DNA of 64,000 bases from assembly GCA_964016885.1 (NCBI GenBank), contig OZ024757.1, positions 9,982,001 to 10,046,000 on the forward strand, read 5' to 3'. Position 1 is the first letter of the stretch; each line of letters begins with the position of its first letter. This document shows, piece after piece, positions 26,401-39,489 of this stretch. The DNA comes from Eledone cirrhosa (taxonomy: Eukaryota). A model generated the notes under the pieces. That model saw only the letters and a list, made by a program, of their open reading frames with translations. It searched no databases and was not told where the DNA came from. Position numbers and translations under genes: made by a program.

Positions 26401-29400
26401 TTAAGTTGGGGTTACGTTAAGTTGGGGTTAAGTTAAGTTGGGGTTAAGTTAAGTTGGGATTAAGTCAAGTTGGTGTTAAGTCAAGTTGGGGTTAAGTCAA
26501 GTTGGGGTTAAGTCAAGTTGGGGTTAAGTCAAGTTTGGGTTAAGTTAAGTTGGGGTTAAGTTAAGTTGGGGTTAAGTTAAGTGGGGGTTAAGTTAACTTG
26601 GGGTTAAGTTAAGTTGGGGCTAATTTAAGTTGGTGTTAATTTAAGTTGGGGTTAAGTTAAGTTGGGGTTAAGTTAAGTTGGGGTTAAATTAAGCTGGGGT
26701 TAACTTAAGTAGGGGTTAAGTTAAGTTGGGTTAAGTTGGGATTAACTTAAGTTTGGGTTAAGTTAAGTTGGGGTTAAGTTAAGTTCGGATTGAGTCAAGT
26801 GTGGGGTTAAGTCAAGTTGGGGTTAAGTTAAGTCGGGGTTAAGTTAAGTTGGGGATAATTTAAGTTGGGGTTAATTTAAGTTGGGGTTAAGTTATGTTGG
26901 GGTTAAGGTAAGTTGGGGTTAAGTTAAGTTGGGGTTAAGTTAAGTTGGGGTTACCTTAAGTTGGGGTTAAGTTAAGTTGGGTTTAAGTTAAGTTGGGGTT
27001 AAGTTAAGTTGGGGTTAAGTTAAGTTAGGGGTAAGTCAAGTTGGGGTTAAATCAAGTTGGGTTTAAGTTAAGTTGGGGTTCAGTTAAGTTGGGGCTAATT
27101 TAAGTTGGGGTTAAGTTGGGGTTAAGTTAATTTGGGGTTTAGTTAAGTTGGGGTTAAGTTAAGTTGGGGGTAAGTTAAGTTAGGGGTAATTTAAGTTGGG
27201 GTTAAGTTAAGTTGGGGTTAAGGTAAGTTGGGGTTAAGTTAAGTTGGGGTTAAGTTAAGTTGGGGGTAAGTTAAGTTAGGGGTAAGTTACGTTGGGGTTA
27301 AGTTAAGTCGGGGTTAAGTTAAGTTGGGGATAAGTTAAGTTGGGGTTAATTTAAGTTGGGGTTAAGTTATGTTGGGGTTAAGGTAAGTTGGGGTTAAGTT
27401 AAGTTGGGGTTACGTTAAGTTGGGGTTACCTTAAGTTGGGGTTAAGTTAAGTTTGGGTTAAGTTAAGTTGGGGTTAAGTTAAGTTGGGGTTAAGTTAAGT
27501 TGGGATTGAGTCAAGTTGGGGTTAAGTTAAGTTGGGGTTAAGTCAAGTTGGGGTTAAATCAAGTTGGGTTTAAGTTAAGTTGGGGTTCAGTTAAGTTGGG
27601 GCTAAGTTAAGTTGGGGTTAAGTTGGGGTTAAGTTAAGTTGGGGTTAAGTTAAGTTGGGGTTAAGTTAAGTTGGGGGTAAGTTAAGTTAGGGGTAATTTA
27701 AGTTGGGGTTAAGTTAAGTTGGGGTTAAGGTAAGTTGGGGTTAAGTTAAGTTGGGGTTAAGTTAAGTTGGGGTTAAGTTAAGTTGGGTTTAAGTTAAGTT
27801 GGGATTAAGTCAAGTTGGGGTTAAGTCAAGTTGGGGTTAAGTCAAGTTGGGGTTAATTCAAGTTGGGGTTAAGTCAAGTTGGGATTAAGTCAAGTTGGGG
27901 TTAAGTCAAGTTGGGGTTAAGTTAAGTTGGGGTTAAGTTAAGTTGGGGTTAAGTTAAGTTGGGTTTAAGTTAAGTTGGGGTTAAGTTAAGTAGGGGTTAA
28001 GTTAAGTTGGGGTTAAGTTGGGGTTAAGTTAAGTTGGGGTTAAGTTAAGTTGGGTTAAGTTAAGTTGGGGTTAATTAAGTTGGGGGTAAGTTAAGTTAGG
28101 GGTAAGTTAAGTTGGGGTTAATTTAAGTTGGGGTTAAGTTAAGTTGGGGTTAAGTTAAGTTGGGGTTAAGTTAAGTTGGGGTTAATTTAAGTTGGGGTTA
28201 AGTTAAGTTGGGGTTAAGGTAAGTTGGGGTTAAGTTAAGTTGGGGTTAAGTTAAGTTGGGGTTACGTTAAGTTGGGGTTAAGTTAAGTTGGGGTTAAGTT
28301 AAGTTGGGATTAAGTCAAGTTGGTGTTAAGTCAAGTTGGGGTTAAGTCAAGTTGGGGTTAAGTCAAGTTGGGGTTAAGTCAAGTTTGGGTTAAGTTAAGT
28401 TGGGGTTAAGTTAAGTTGGGGTTAAGTTAAGTGGGGGTTAAGTTAACTTGGGGTTAAGTTAAGTTGGGGCTAATTTAAGTTGGTGTTAATTTAAGTTGGG
28501 GTTAAGTTAAGTTGGGGTTAAGTTAAGTTGGGGTTAAATTAAGCTGGGGTTAACTTAAGTAGGGGTTAAGTTAAGTTGGGTTAAGTTGGGATTAACTTAA
28601 GTTTGGGTTAAGTTAAGTTGGGGTTAAGTTAAGTTCGGATTGAGTCAAGTGTGGGGTTAAGTCAAGTTGGGGTTAAGTCAAGTTGGGTTTAAGTTAAGTT
28701 GGGGTTAAGTTAAGTTGGGGTTAAGTTAAGTTGGTGTTAAGTTAAGTTGGGGTTAAGTTAAGTTGGGGTTAAGTTAATATGGGGTTAAGTTAAGTTGGGG
28801 TTAAGTTAAGTTGGGGTTAAGTCAAGTTGGGGTTAAGTCAAGTTGGGGTTAAGTTAAGTTGGGGTTAAGTTAAGTTGGGGTTAAGTTAAGTTGGGGGTAA
28901 GTTAATTAAGTCGGGGGTAATTTAAGTTGGGGGTAAGTTAAGCTGGGGTTAAGTTAAGTTGGGGTTAAGTTAAGTTGGGGTTAAGTTAAGTAGGGGTTAA
29001 GTTAAGTTGGGGTTAAGTTGGGGTTAAGTTAAGTTGGGGTTAAGTTAATTTGGGGTTAAGTTAAGTTGGGGTTAAGTTAAGTTGGGGTTAAGTTAAGTTG
29101 GGGGTAAGTTAAGTTAGGGGTAAGTTAAGTTGGGGTTAAGTTAAGTTGGGGTTAAGTTAAGTTGGGGATAAGTTAAGTTGGGGTTAATTTAAGTTGGGGT
29201 TAAGTTAAGTTGGGGTTAAGGTAAGTTGGGGTTAAGTTAAGTTGGGGTTAAGTTAAGTTGGGGTTAAGTTAAGTTGGGGTTAAGTTAAGTTGGGGTTAAG
29301 TTAAGTTGGGATTAAGTCAAGTTGGGGTTAAGTCAAGTTGGGGTTAAGTCAAGTTGGGGTTAAGTCAAGTTTGGGTTAAGTTAAGTTGGGGTTAAGTTAA

Positions 29401-32400
29401 GTTGGGGTTAAGTTAAGTTGGGGTAAGTTAAGTTGGAATTAAGTCAAGTTGGGGTTAAATCAAGTTGGGGTTAAGTCAAGTTGGGTTTAAGTTAAGTTGG
29501 GGTTCAGTTAAGTTGGGGCTAAGTTAAGTTGGGGTTAAGTTGGGGTTAAGTTAAGTTGGGGTTAAATCAAGTTGGGGTTAACTCAAGTTGGGGTTAAGTC
29601 AAGTTGGGGTTAAGTCAAGTTGGGATTAAGTCAAGTTGGGGTTAAGTCAAGTTGGGGTTAAGTTAAGTTGGGGTTAAGTTAAGTTGGGGTTAAGTTAAGT
29701 TGGGGTTAAATTAAGTTGGGGGTAAGTTAATTAAGTCGGGGGTAATTTAAGTTGGGGGTAAGTTAAGCTGGGGTTAAGTTAAGTTGGGGTTAAGTTAAGT
29801 TGGGGTTAAGTTAAGTAGGGGTTAAGTTAAGTTGGGGTTAAGTTGGGGTTAAGTTAAGTTGGGGTTAAGTTAATTTGGGGTTAAGTTAAGTTGGGGTTAA
29901 GTTAAGTTGGGGTTAAGTTAAGTTGGGGATAAGTTAAGTTGGGGTTAATTCAAGTTGGGGTTAAGTCAAGTTGGGATTAAGTCAAGTTGGGGTTAAGTCA
30001 AGTTGGGGTTAAGTTAAGTTGGGGTTAAGTTAAGTTGGGGTTAAGTTAAGTTGGGTTTAAGTTAAGTTGGGGTTAAGTTAAGTAGGGGTTAAGTTAAGTT
30101 GGGGTTAAGTTGGGGTTAAGTTAAGTTGGGGTTAAGTTAAGTTGGGTTAAGTTAAGTTGGGGTTAATTAAGTTGGGGGTAAGTTAAGTTAGGGGTAAGTT
30201 AAGTTGGGGTTAATTTAAGTTGGGGTTAAGTTAAGTTGGGGTTAAGTTAAGTTGGGGTTAATTTAAGTTGGGGTTAAGTTAAGTTGGGGTTAAGGTAAGT
30301 TGGGGTTAAGTTAAGTTGGGGTTAAGTTAAGTTGGGGTTACGTTAAGTTGGGGTTAAGTTAAGTTGGGGTTAAGTTAAGTTGGGATTAAGTCAAGTTGGT
30401 GTTAAGTCAAGTTGGGGTTAAGTCAAGTTGGGGTTAAGTCAAGTTGGGGTTAAGTCAAGTTTGGGTTAAGTTAAGTTGGGGTTAAGTTAAGTTGGGGTTA
30501 AGTTAAGTGGGGGTTAAGTTAACTTGGGGTTAAGTTAAGTTGGGGCTAATTTAAGTTGGTGTTAATTTAAGTTGGGGTTAAGTTAAGTTGGGGTTAAGTT
30601 AAGTTGGGGTTAAATTAAGCTGGGGTTAACTTAAGTAGGGGTTAAGTTAAGTTGGGTTAAGTTGGGATTAACTTAAGTTTGGGTTAAGTTAAGTTGGGGT
30701 TAAGTTAAGTTCGGATTGAGTCAAGTGTGGGGTTAAGTCAAGTTGGGGTTAAGTTAAGTCGGGGTTAAGTTAAGTTGGGGATAATTTAAGTTGGGGTTAA
30801 TTTAAGTTGGGGTTAAGTTATGTTGGGGTTAAGGTAAGTTGGGGTTAAGTTAAGTTGGGGTTAAGTTAAGTTGGGGTTACCTTAAGTTGGGGTTAAGTTA
30901 AGTTGGGTTTAAGTTAAGTTGGGGTTAAGTTAAGTTGGGGTTAAGTTAAGTTAGGGGTAAGTCAAGTTGGGGTTAAATCAAGTTGGGTTTAAGTTAAGTT
31001 GGGGTTCAGTTAAGTTGGGGCTAATTTAAGTTGGGGTTAAGTTGGGGTTAAGTTAATTTGGGGTTTAGTTAAGTTGGGGTTAAGTTAAGTTGGGGGTAAG
31101 TTAAGTTAGGGGTAATTTAAGTTGGGGTTAAGTTAAGTTGGGGTTAAGGTAAGTTGGGGTTAAGTTAAGTTGGGGTTAAGTTAAGTTGGGGGTAAGTTAA
31201 GTTAGGGGTAAGTTACGTTGGGGTTAAGTTAAGTCGGGGTTAAGTTAAGTTGGGGATAAGTTAAGTTGGGGTTAATTTAAGTTGGGGTTAAGTTATGTTG
31301 GGGTTAAGGTAAGTTGGGGTTAAGTTAAGTTGGGGTTACGTTAAGTTGGGGTTACCTTAAGTTGGGGTTAAGTTAAGTTGGGGTTAAGTTAAGTTGGGAT
31401 TAAGTCAAGTTGGGGTTAAGTCAAGTTGGGGTTAAGTCAAGTTGGGATTAAGTCAAGTTTGGGTTAAGTTAAGTTGGGGTTAAGTTAAGTTGGGGTTAAG
31501 TTAAGTTGGGATTGAGTCAAGTTGGGGTTAAGTTAAGTTGGGGTTAAGTCAAGTTGGGGTTAAATCAAGTTGGGTTTAAGTTAAGTTGGGGTTCAGTTAA
31601 GTTGGGGCTAAGTTAAGTTGGGGTTAAGTTGGGGTTAAGTTAAGTTGGGGTTAAGTTAAGTTGGGGTTAAGTTAAGTTGGGGGTAAGTTAAGTTAGGGGT
31701 AATTTAAGTTGGGGTTAAGTTAAGTTGGGGTTAAGGTAAGTTGGGGTTAAGTTAAGTTGGGGTTAAGTTAAGTTGGGGTTAAGTTAAGTTGGGTTTAAGT
31801 TAAGTTGGGATTAAGTCAAGTTGGGGTTAAGTCAAGTTGGGGTTAAGTCAAGTTGGGGTTAATTCAAGTTGGGGTTAAGTCAAGTTGGGATTAAGTCAAG
31901 TTGGGGTTAAGTCAAGTTGGGGTTAAGTTAAGTTGGGGTTAAGTTAAGTTGGGGTTAAGTTAAGTTGGGTTTAAGTTAAGTTGGGGTTAAGTTAAGTAGG
32001 GGTTAAGTTAAGTTGGGGTTAAGTTGGGGTTAAGTTAAGTTGGGGTTAAGTTAAGTTGGGTTAAGTTAAGTTGGGGTTAATTAAGTTGGGGGTAAGTTAA
32101 GTTAGGGGTAAGTTAAGTTGGGGTTAATTTAAGTTGGGGTTAAGTTAAGTTGGGGTTAAGTTAAGTTGGGGTTAAGTTAAGTTGGGGTTAATTTAAGTTG
32201 GGGTTAAGTTAAGTTGGGGTTAAGGTAAGTTGGGGTTAAGTTAAGTTGGGGTTAAGTTAAGTTGGGGTTACGTTAAGTTGGGGTTAAGTTAAGTTGGGGT
32301 TAAGTTAAGTTGGGATTAAGTCAAGTTGGTGTTAAGTCAAGTTGGGGTTAAGTCAAGTTGGGGTTAAGTCAAGTTGGGGTTAAGTCAAGTTTGGGTTAAG

Positions 32401-35400
32401 TTAAGTTGGGGTTAAGTTAAGTTGGGGTTAAGTTAAGTGGGGGTTAAGTTAACTTGGGGTTAAGTTAAGTTGGGGCTAATTTAAGTTGGTGTTAATTTAA
32501 GTTGGGGTTAAGTTAAGTTGGGGTTAAGTTAAGTTGGGGTTAAATTAAGCTGGGGTTAACTTAAGTAGGGGTTAAGTTAAGTTGGGTTAAGTTGGGATTA
32601 ACTTAAGTTTGGGTTAAGTTAAGTTGGGGTTAAGTTAAGTTCGGATTGAGTCAAGTGTGGGGTTAAGTCAAGTTGGGGTTAAGTCAAGTTGGGTTTAAGT
32701 TAAGTTGGGGTTAAGTTAAGTTGGGGTTAAGTTAAGTTGGTGTTAAGTTAAGTTGGGGTTAAGTTAAGTTGGGGTTAAGTTAATATGGGGTTAAGTTAAG
32801 TTGGGGTTAAGTTAAGTTGGGGTTAAGTCAAGTTGGGGTTAAGTCAAGTTGGGGTTAAGTTAAGTTGGGGTTAAGTTAAGTTGGGGTTAAGTTAAGTTGG
32901 GGGTAAGTTAATTAAGTCGGGGGTAATTTAAGTTGGGGGTAAGTTAAGCTGGGGTTAAGTTAAGTTGGGGTTAAGTTAAGTTGGGGTTAAGTTAAGTAGG
33001 GGTTAAGTTAAGTTGGGGTTAAGTTGGGGTTAAGTTAAGTTGGGGTTAAGTTAATTTGGGGTTAAGTTAAGTTGGGGTTAAGTTAAGTTGGGGTTAAGTT
33101 AAGTTGGGGGTAATTTAAGTTAGGGGTAAGTTAAGTTGGGGTTAAGTTAAGTTGGGGTTAAGTTAAGTTGGGGATAAGTTAAGTTGGGGTTAATTTAAGT
33201 TGGGGTTAAGTTAAGTTGGGGTTAAGGTAAGTTGGGGTTAAGTTAAGTTGGGGTTAAGTTAAGTTGGGGTTAAGTTAAGTTGGGGTTAAGTTAAGTTGGG
33301 GTTAAGTTAAGTTGGGATTAAGTCAAGTTGGGGTTAAGTCAAGTTGGGGTTAAGTTAATTTGGGGTTAAGTTAAGTTGGGGTAAGTTAAGTTGGAATTAA
33401 GTCAAGTTGGGGTTAAATCAAGTTGGGGTTAAGTCAAGTTGGGTTTAAGTTAAGTTGGGGTTCAGTTAAGTTGGGGCTAAGTTAAGTTGGGGTTAAGTTG
33501 GGGTTAAGTTAAGTTGGGGTTAAATCAAGTTGGGGTTAACTCAAGTTGGGGTTAAGTCAAGTTGGGGTTAAGTCAAGTTGGGATTAAGTCAAGTTGGGGT
33601 TAAGTCAAGTTGGGGTTAAGTTAAGTTGGGGTTAAGTTAAGTTGGGGTTAAGTTAAGTTGGGGTTAAATTAAGTTGGGGGTAAGTTAATTAAGTCGGGGG
33701 TAATTTAAGTTGGGGGTAAGTTAAGCTGGGGTTAAGTTAAGTTGGGGTTAAGTTAAGTTGGGGTTAAGTTAAGTAGGGGTTAAGTTAAGTTGGGGTTAAG
33801 TTGGGGTTAAGTTAAGTTGGGGTTAAGTTAATTTGGGGTTAAGTTAAGTTGGGGTTAAGTGAAGTTGGGGTTAAGTTAAGTTGGGGATAAGTTAAGTTGG
33901 GGTTAATTTAAGTTGGGGTTAAGTTATGTTGGGGTTAAGGTAAGTTGGGGTTAAGTTAAGTTGGGGTTAAGTTAAGTTGGGGTTACGTTAAGTTGGGGTT
34001 AAGTTAAGTTGGGGTTAAGTTAAGTTGGGATTAAGTCAAGTTGGGGTTAAGTCAAGTTGGGGTTAAGTCAAGTTGGGGTTAAATCAAGTTTGGGTTAAGT
34101 TAAGTTGGGGTTAAGTTAATTTAGGGGTAATTTAAGTTGGGGTTAGGTTAAGTTGGGGTTAAGGTAAGTTGGGGTTAAGTTAAGTTGGGGTTAAGTTAAG
34201 TTGGGGGTGAGTTAAGTTAGGGGTAAGTCAAGTTGGGGTTAAATCAAGTTGGGTTTAAGTTAAGTTGGGGTTCAGTTAAGTTGGGGCTAAGTTAAGTTGG
34301 CGTTAAGTTGGGGTTAAGTTAAGTTGGGGTTAAGTTAAGTTGGGGTTAAGGTAAGTTGGGGTTAAGTTAAGTTGGGGTTAAGTTAAGTTGGGGGTAAGTT
34401 AAGTTAGGGGTAAGTCAAGTTGGGGTTAAATCAAGTTGGGTTTAAGTTAAGTTGGGGTTCAGTTAAGTTGGGGCTAAGTTAAGTTGGGGTTAAGTTGGGG
34501 TTAAGTAAAGTTGGGGTTAAGTTAAGTTGGGGTTAAGTTAAGTTGGGGGTAAGTTAAGTTAGGGGTAAGTTAAGTTGGGGTTAATTTAAGTTGGGGTTAA
34601 GTTAAGTTGGGGTTAAGTTAAGTTGGGGTTAATTTAAGTTGGGGTTAAGTTAAGTTGGGGTTAAGGTAAGTTGGGGTTAAGTTAAGTTGGGGTTAAGTTA
34701 AGTTGGGGTTACGTTAAGTTGGGGTTAAGTTAAGTTGGGGTTAAGTTAAGTTGGGATTAAGTCAAGTTGGTGTTAAGTCAAGTTGGGGTTAAGTCAAGTT
34801 GGGGTTAAGTCAAGTTGGGGTTAAGTCAAGTTTGGGTTAAGTTAAGTTGGGGTTAAGTTAAGTTGGGGTTAAGTTAAGTGGGGGTTAAGTTAACTTGGGG
34901 TTAAGTTAAGTTGGGGCTAATTTAAGTTGGTGTTAATTTAAGTTGGGGTTAAGTTAAGTTGGGGTTAAGTTAAGTTGGGGTTAAATTAAGCTGGGGTTAA
35001 CTTAAGTAGGGGTTAAGTTAAGTTGGGTTAAGTTGGGATTAACTTAAGTTTGGGTTAAGTTAAGTTGGGGTTAAGTTAAGTTCGGATTGAGTCAAGTGTG
35101 GGGTTAAGTCAAGTTGGGGTTAAGTTAAGTCGGGGTTAAGTTAAGTTGGGGATAATTTAAGTTGGGGTTAATTTAAGTTGGGGTTAAGTTATGTTGGGGT
35201 TAAGGTAAGTTGGGGTTAAGTTAAGTTGGGGTTAAGTTAAGTTGGGGTTACCTTAAGTTGGGGTTAAGTTAAGTTGGGGTTAAGTTAAGTTGGGGTTAAG
35301 TTAAGTTGGGGTTAAGTTAAGTTAGGGGTAAGTCAAGTTGGGGTTAAATCAAGTTGGGTTTAAGTTAAGTTGGGGTTCAGTTAAGTTGGGGCTAATTTAA

Positions 35401-38400
35401 GTTGGGGTTAAGTTGGGGTTAAGTTAATTTGGGGTTTAGTTAAGTTGGGGTTAAGTTAAGTTGGGGGTAAGTTAAGTTAGGGGTAATTTAAGTTGGGGTT
35501 AAGTTAAGTTGGGGTTAAGGTAAGTTGGGGTTAAGTTAAGTTGGGGTTAAGTTAAGTTGGGGGTAAGTTAAGTTAGGGGTAAGTTACGTTGGGGTTAAGT
35601 TAAGTCGGGGTTAAGTTAAGTTGGGGATAAGTTAAGTTGGGGTTAATTTAAGTTGGGGTTAAGTTATGTTGGGGTTAAGGTAAGTTGGGGTTAAGTTAAG
35701 TTGGGGTTACGTTAAGTTGGGGTTACCTTAAGTTGGGGTTAAGTTAAGTTGGGGTTAAGTTAAGTTGGGATTAAGTCAAGTTGGGGTTAAGTCAAGTTGG
35801 GGTTAAGTCAAGTTGGGATTAAGTCAAGTTTGGGTTAAGTTAAGTTGGGGTTAAGTTAAGTTGGGGTTAAGTTAAGTTGGGATTGAGTCAAGTTGGGGTT
35901 AAGTTAAGTTGGGGTTAAGTCAAGTTGGGGTTAAATCAAGTTGGGTTTAAGTTAAGTTGGGGTTCAGTTAAGTTGGGGCTAAGTTAAGTTGGGGTTAAGT
36001 TGGGGTTAAGTTAAGTTGGGGTTAAGTTAAGTTGGGGTTAAGTTAAGTTGGGGGTAAGTTAAGTTAGGGGTAATTTAAGTTGGGGTTAAGTTAAGTTGGG
36101 GTTAAGGTAAGTTGGGGTTAAGTTAAGTTGGGGTTAAGTTAAGTTGGGGTTAAGTTAAGTTGGGTTTAAGTTAAGTTGGGATTAAGTGAAGTTGGGGTTA
36201 AGTCAAGTTGGGGTTAAGTCAAGTTGGGGTTAATTCAAGTTGGGGTTAAGTCAAGTTGGGATTAAGTCAAGTTGGGGTTAAGTCAAGTTGGGGTTAAGTT
36301 AAGTTGGGGTTAAGTTAAGTTGGGGTTAAGTTAAGTTGGGTTTAAGTTAAGTTGGGGTTAAGTTAAGTAGGGGTTAAGTTAAGTTGGGGTTAAGTTGGGG
36401 TTAAGTTAAGTTGGGGTTAAGTTAAGTTGGGTTAAGTTAAGTTGGGGTTAATTAAGTTGGGGGTAAGTTAAGTTAGGGGTAAGTTAAGTTGGGGTTAATT
36501 TAAGTTGGGGTTAAGTTAAGTTGGGGTTAAGTTAAGTTGGGGTTAAGTTAAGTTGGGGTTAATTTAAGTTGGGGTTAAGTTAAGTTGGGGTTAAGGTAAG
36601 TTGGGGTTAAGTTAAGTTGGGGTTAAGTTAAGTTGGGGTTACGTTAAGTTGGGGTTAAGTTAAGTTGGGGTTAAGTTAAGTTGGGATTAAGTCAAGTTGG
36701 TGTTAAGTCAAGTTGGGGTTAAGTCAAGTTGGGGTTAAGTCAAGTTGGGGTTAAGTCAAGTTTGGGTTAAGTTAAGTTGGGGTTAAGTTAAGTTGGGGTT
36801 AAGTTAAGTGGGGGTTAAGTTAACTTGGGGTTAAGTTAAGTTGGGGCTAATTTAAGTTGGTGTTAATTTAAGTTGGGGTTAAGTTAAGTTGGGGTTAAGT
36901 TAAGTTGGGGTTAAATTAAGCTGGGGTTAACTTAAGTAGGGGTTAAGTTAAGTTGGGTTAAGTTGGGATTAACTTAAGTTTGGGTTAAGTTAAGTTGGGG
37001 TTAAGTTAAGTTCGGATTGAGTCAAGTGTGGGGTTAAGTCAAGTTGGGGTTAAGTCAAGTTGGGTTTAAGTTCAGTTGGGGTTAAGTTAAGTTGGGGTTA
37101 AGTTAAGTTGGTGTTAAGTTAAGTTGGGGTTAAGTTAAGTTGGGGTTAAGTTAATATGGGGTTAAGTTAAGTTGGGGTTAAGTTAAGTTGGGGTTAAGTC
37201 AAGTTGGGGTTAAGTCAAGTTGGGGTTAAGTTAAGTTGGGGTTAAGTTAAGTTGGGGTTAAGTTAAGTTGGGGGTAAGTTAATTAAGTCGGGGGTAATTT
37301 AAGTTGGGGGTAAGTTAAGCTGGGGTTAAGTTAAGTTGGGGTTAAGTTAAGTTGGGATTAAGTTAAGTAGGGGTTAAGTTAAGTTGGGGTTAAGTTGGGG
37401 TTAAGTTAAGTTGGGGTTAAGTTAATTTGGGGTTAAGTTAAGTTGGGGTTAAGTTAAGTTGGGGTTAAGTTAAGTTGGGGGTAATTTAAGTTAGGGGTAA
37501 GTTAAGTTGGGGTTAAGTTAAGTTGGGGTTAAGTTAAGTTGGGGATAAGTTAAGTTGGGGTTAATTTAAGTTGGGGTTAAGTTAAGTTGGGGTTAAGGTA
37601 AGTTGGGGTTAAGTTAAGTTGGGGTTAAGTTAAGTTGGGGTTAAGTTAAGTTGGGGTTAAGTTAAGTTGGGGTTAAGTTAAGTTGGGATTAAGTCAAGTT
37701 GGGGTTAAGTCAAGTTGGGGTTAAGTTAAGTTGGGGTTAAGTTAAGTTGGGGTAAGTTAAGTTGGAATTAAGTCAAGTTGGGGTTAAATCAAGTTGGGGT
37801 TAAGTCAAGTTGGGTTTAAGTTAAGTTGGGGTTCAGTTAAGTTGGGGCTAAGTTAAGTTGGGGTTAAGTTGGGGTTAAGTTAAGTTGGGGTTAAATCAAG
37901 TTGGGGTTAACTCAAGTTGGGGTTAAGTCAAGTTGGGGTTAAGTCAAGTTGGGATTAAGTCAAGTTGGGGTTAAGTCAAGTTGGGGTTAAGTTAAGTTGG
38001 GGTTAAGTTAAGTTGGGGTTAAGTTAAGTTGGGGTTAAGTTAAGTTGGGGTTAAATTAAGTTGGGGGTAAGTTAATTAAGTCGGGGGTAATTTAAGTTGG
38101 GGGTAAGTTAAGCTGGGGTTAAGTTAAGTTGGGGTTAAGTTAAGTTGGGGTTAAGTTAAGTAGGGGTTAAGTTAAGTTGGGGTTAAGTTGGGGTTAAGTT
38201 AAGTTGGGGTTAAGTTAATTTGGGGTTAAGTTAAGTTGGGGTTAAGTTAAGTTGGGGTTAAGTTAAGTTGGGGATAAGTTAAGTTGGGGTTAATTTAAGT
38301 TGGGGTTAAGTTATGTTGGGGTTAAGGTAAGTTGGGGTTAAGTTAAGTTGGGGTTAAGTTAAGTTGGGGTTACGTTAAGTTGGGGTTAAGTTAAGTTGGG

Positions 38401-38950
38401 GTTAAGTTAAGTTGGGATTAAGTCAAGTTGGGGTTAAGTCAAGTTGGGGTTAAGTCAAGTTGGGGTTAAATCAAGTTTGGGTTAAGTTAAGTTGGGGTTA
38501 AGTTAAGTTGGGGTTAAGTTAATTTAGGGGTAATTTAAGTTGGGGTTAGGTTAAGTTGGGGTTAAGGTAAGTTGGGGTTAAGTTAAGTTGGGGTTAAGTT
38601 AAGTTGGGGGTAAGTTAAGTTAGGGGTAAGTCAAGTTGGGGTTAAATCAAGTTGGGTTTAAGTTAAGTTGGGGTTCAGTTAAGTTGGGGCTAAGTTAAGT
38701 TGGGGTTAAGTTGGGGTTAAGTTAAGTTGGGGTTAAGTTAAGTTGGGGTTAAGGTAAGTTGGGGTTAAGTTAAGTTGGGGTTAAGTTAAGTTGGGGGTAA
38801 GTTAAGTTAGGGGTAAGTCAAGTTGGGGTTAAATCAAGTTGGGTTTAAGTTAAGTTGGGGTTCAGTTAAGTTGGGGCTAAGTTAAGTTGGGGTTAAGTTG
38901 GGGTTAAGTAAAGTTGGGGTTAAGTTAAGTTGGGGTTAAGTTAAGTTGGG
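17430..38950 (+). repeat. HOR domain C: 4,006-bp HOR family (1,930 + 2,076 bp halves) with length variants
   Basis: CGGATTGAG at 17399, 19329, 21405, 23335, 24710, 26786, 28636, 30712, 32642, 35083 and 37013 (spacings 1930, 2076, 1930, 1375, 2076, 1850, 2076, 1930, 2441, 1930). GTAAGTTACGTT at 17903/21909 (4006). Confidence 0.88.
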
Positions 38951-39489
38951 GGTAAGTTAAGTTAGGGGTAATTTAAGTTGGGGTTAAGTTAAGTTGGGGT
39001 TAAGTTAAGTTGGGGATAAGGTAAGTTGGGGTTAAGTTAAGTTGGGGTTAAGTTAAGTTGGGGTTAACTTAAGTTGGGTTTAAGTTAAGTTGGGATTAAA
39101 TCAAGTTGGGGTTAAGTCAAGTTGGGGTTAAGTCAAGTTGGGGTTAATTCAAGTTGGGGTTAAGTCAAGTTGGGATTAAGTCAAGTTGGGGTTAAGTCAA
39201 GTTGGGGTTAAGTTAAGTTGGGGTTAAGTTAAGTTGGGGTTAAGTTAAGTTGGGTTTAAGTTAAGTTGGGGTTAAGTTAAGTAGGGGTTAAGTTAAGTTG
39301 GGGTTAAGTTGGGGTTAAGTTAAGTTGGGGTTAAGTTAAGTTGGGTTAAGTTAAGTTGGGGTTAATTAAGTTGGGGGTAAGTTAAGTTAGGGGTAAGTTA
39401 ATTGGGGTTAATTTAAGTTGGGGTTAAGTTAAGTTGGGGTTAAGTTAAGTTGGGGTTAAGTTAAGTTGGGGTTAATTTAAGTTGGGGTT

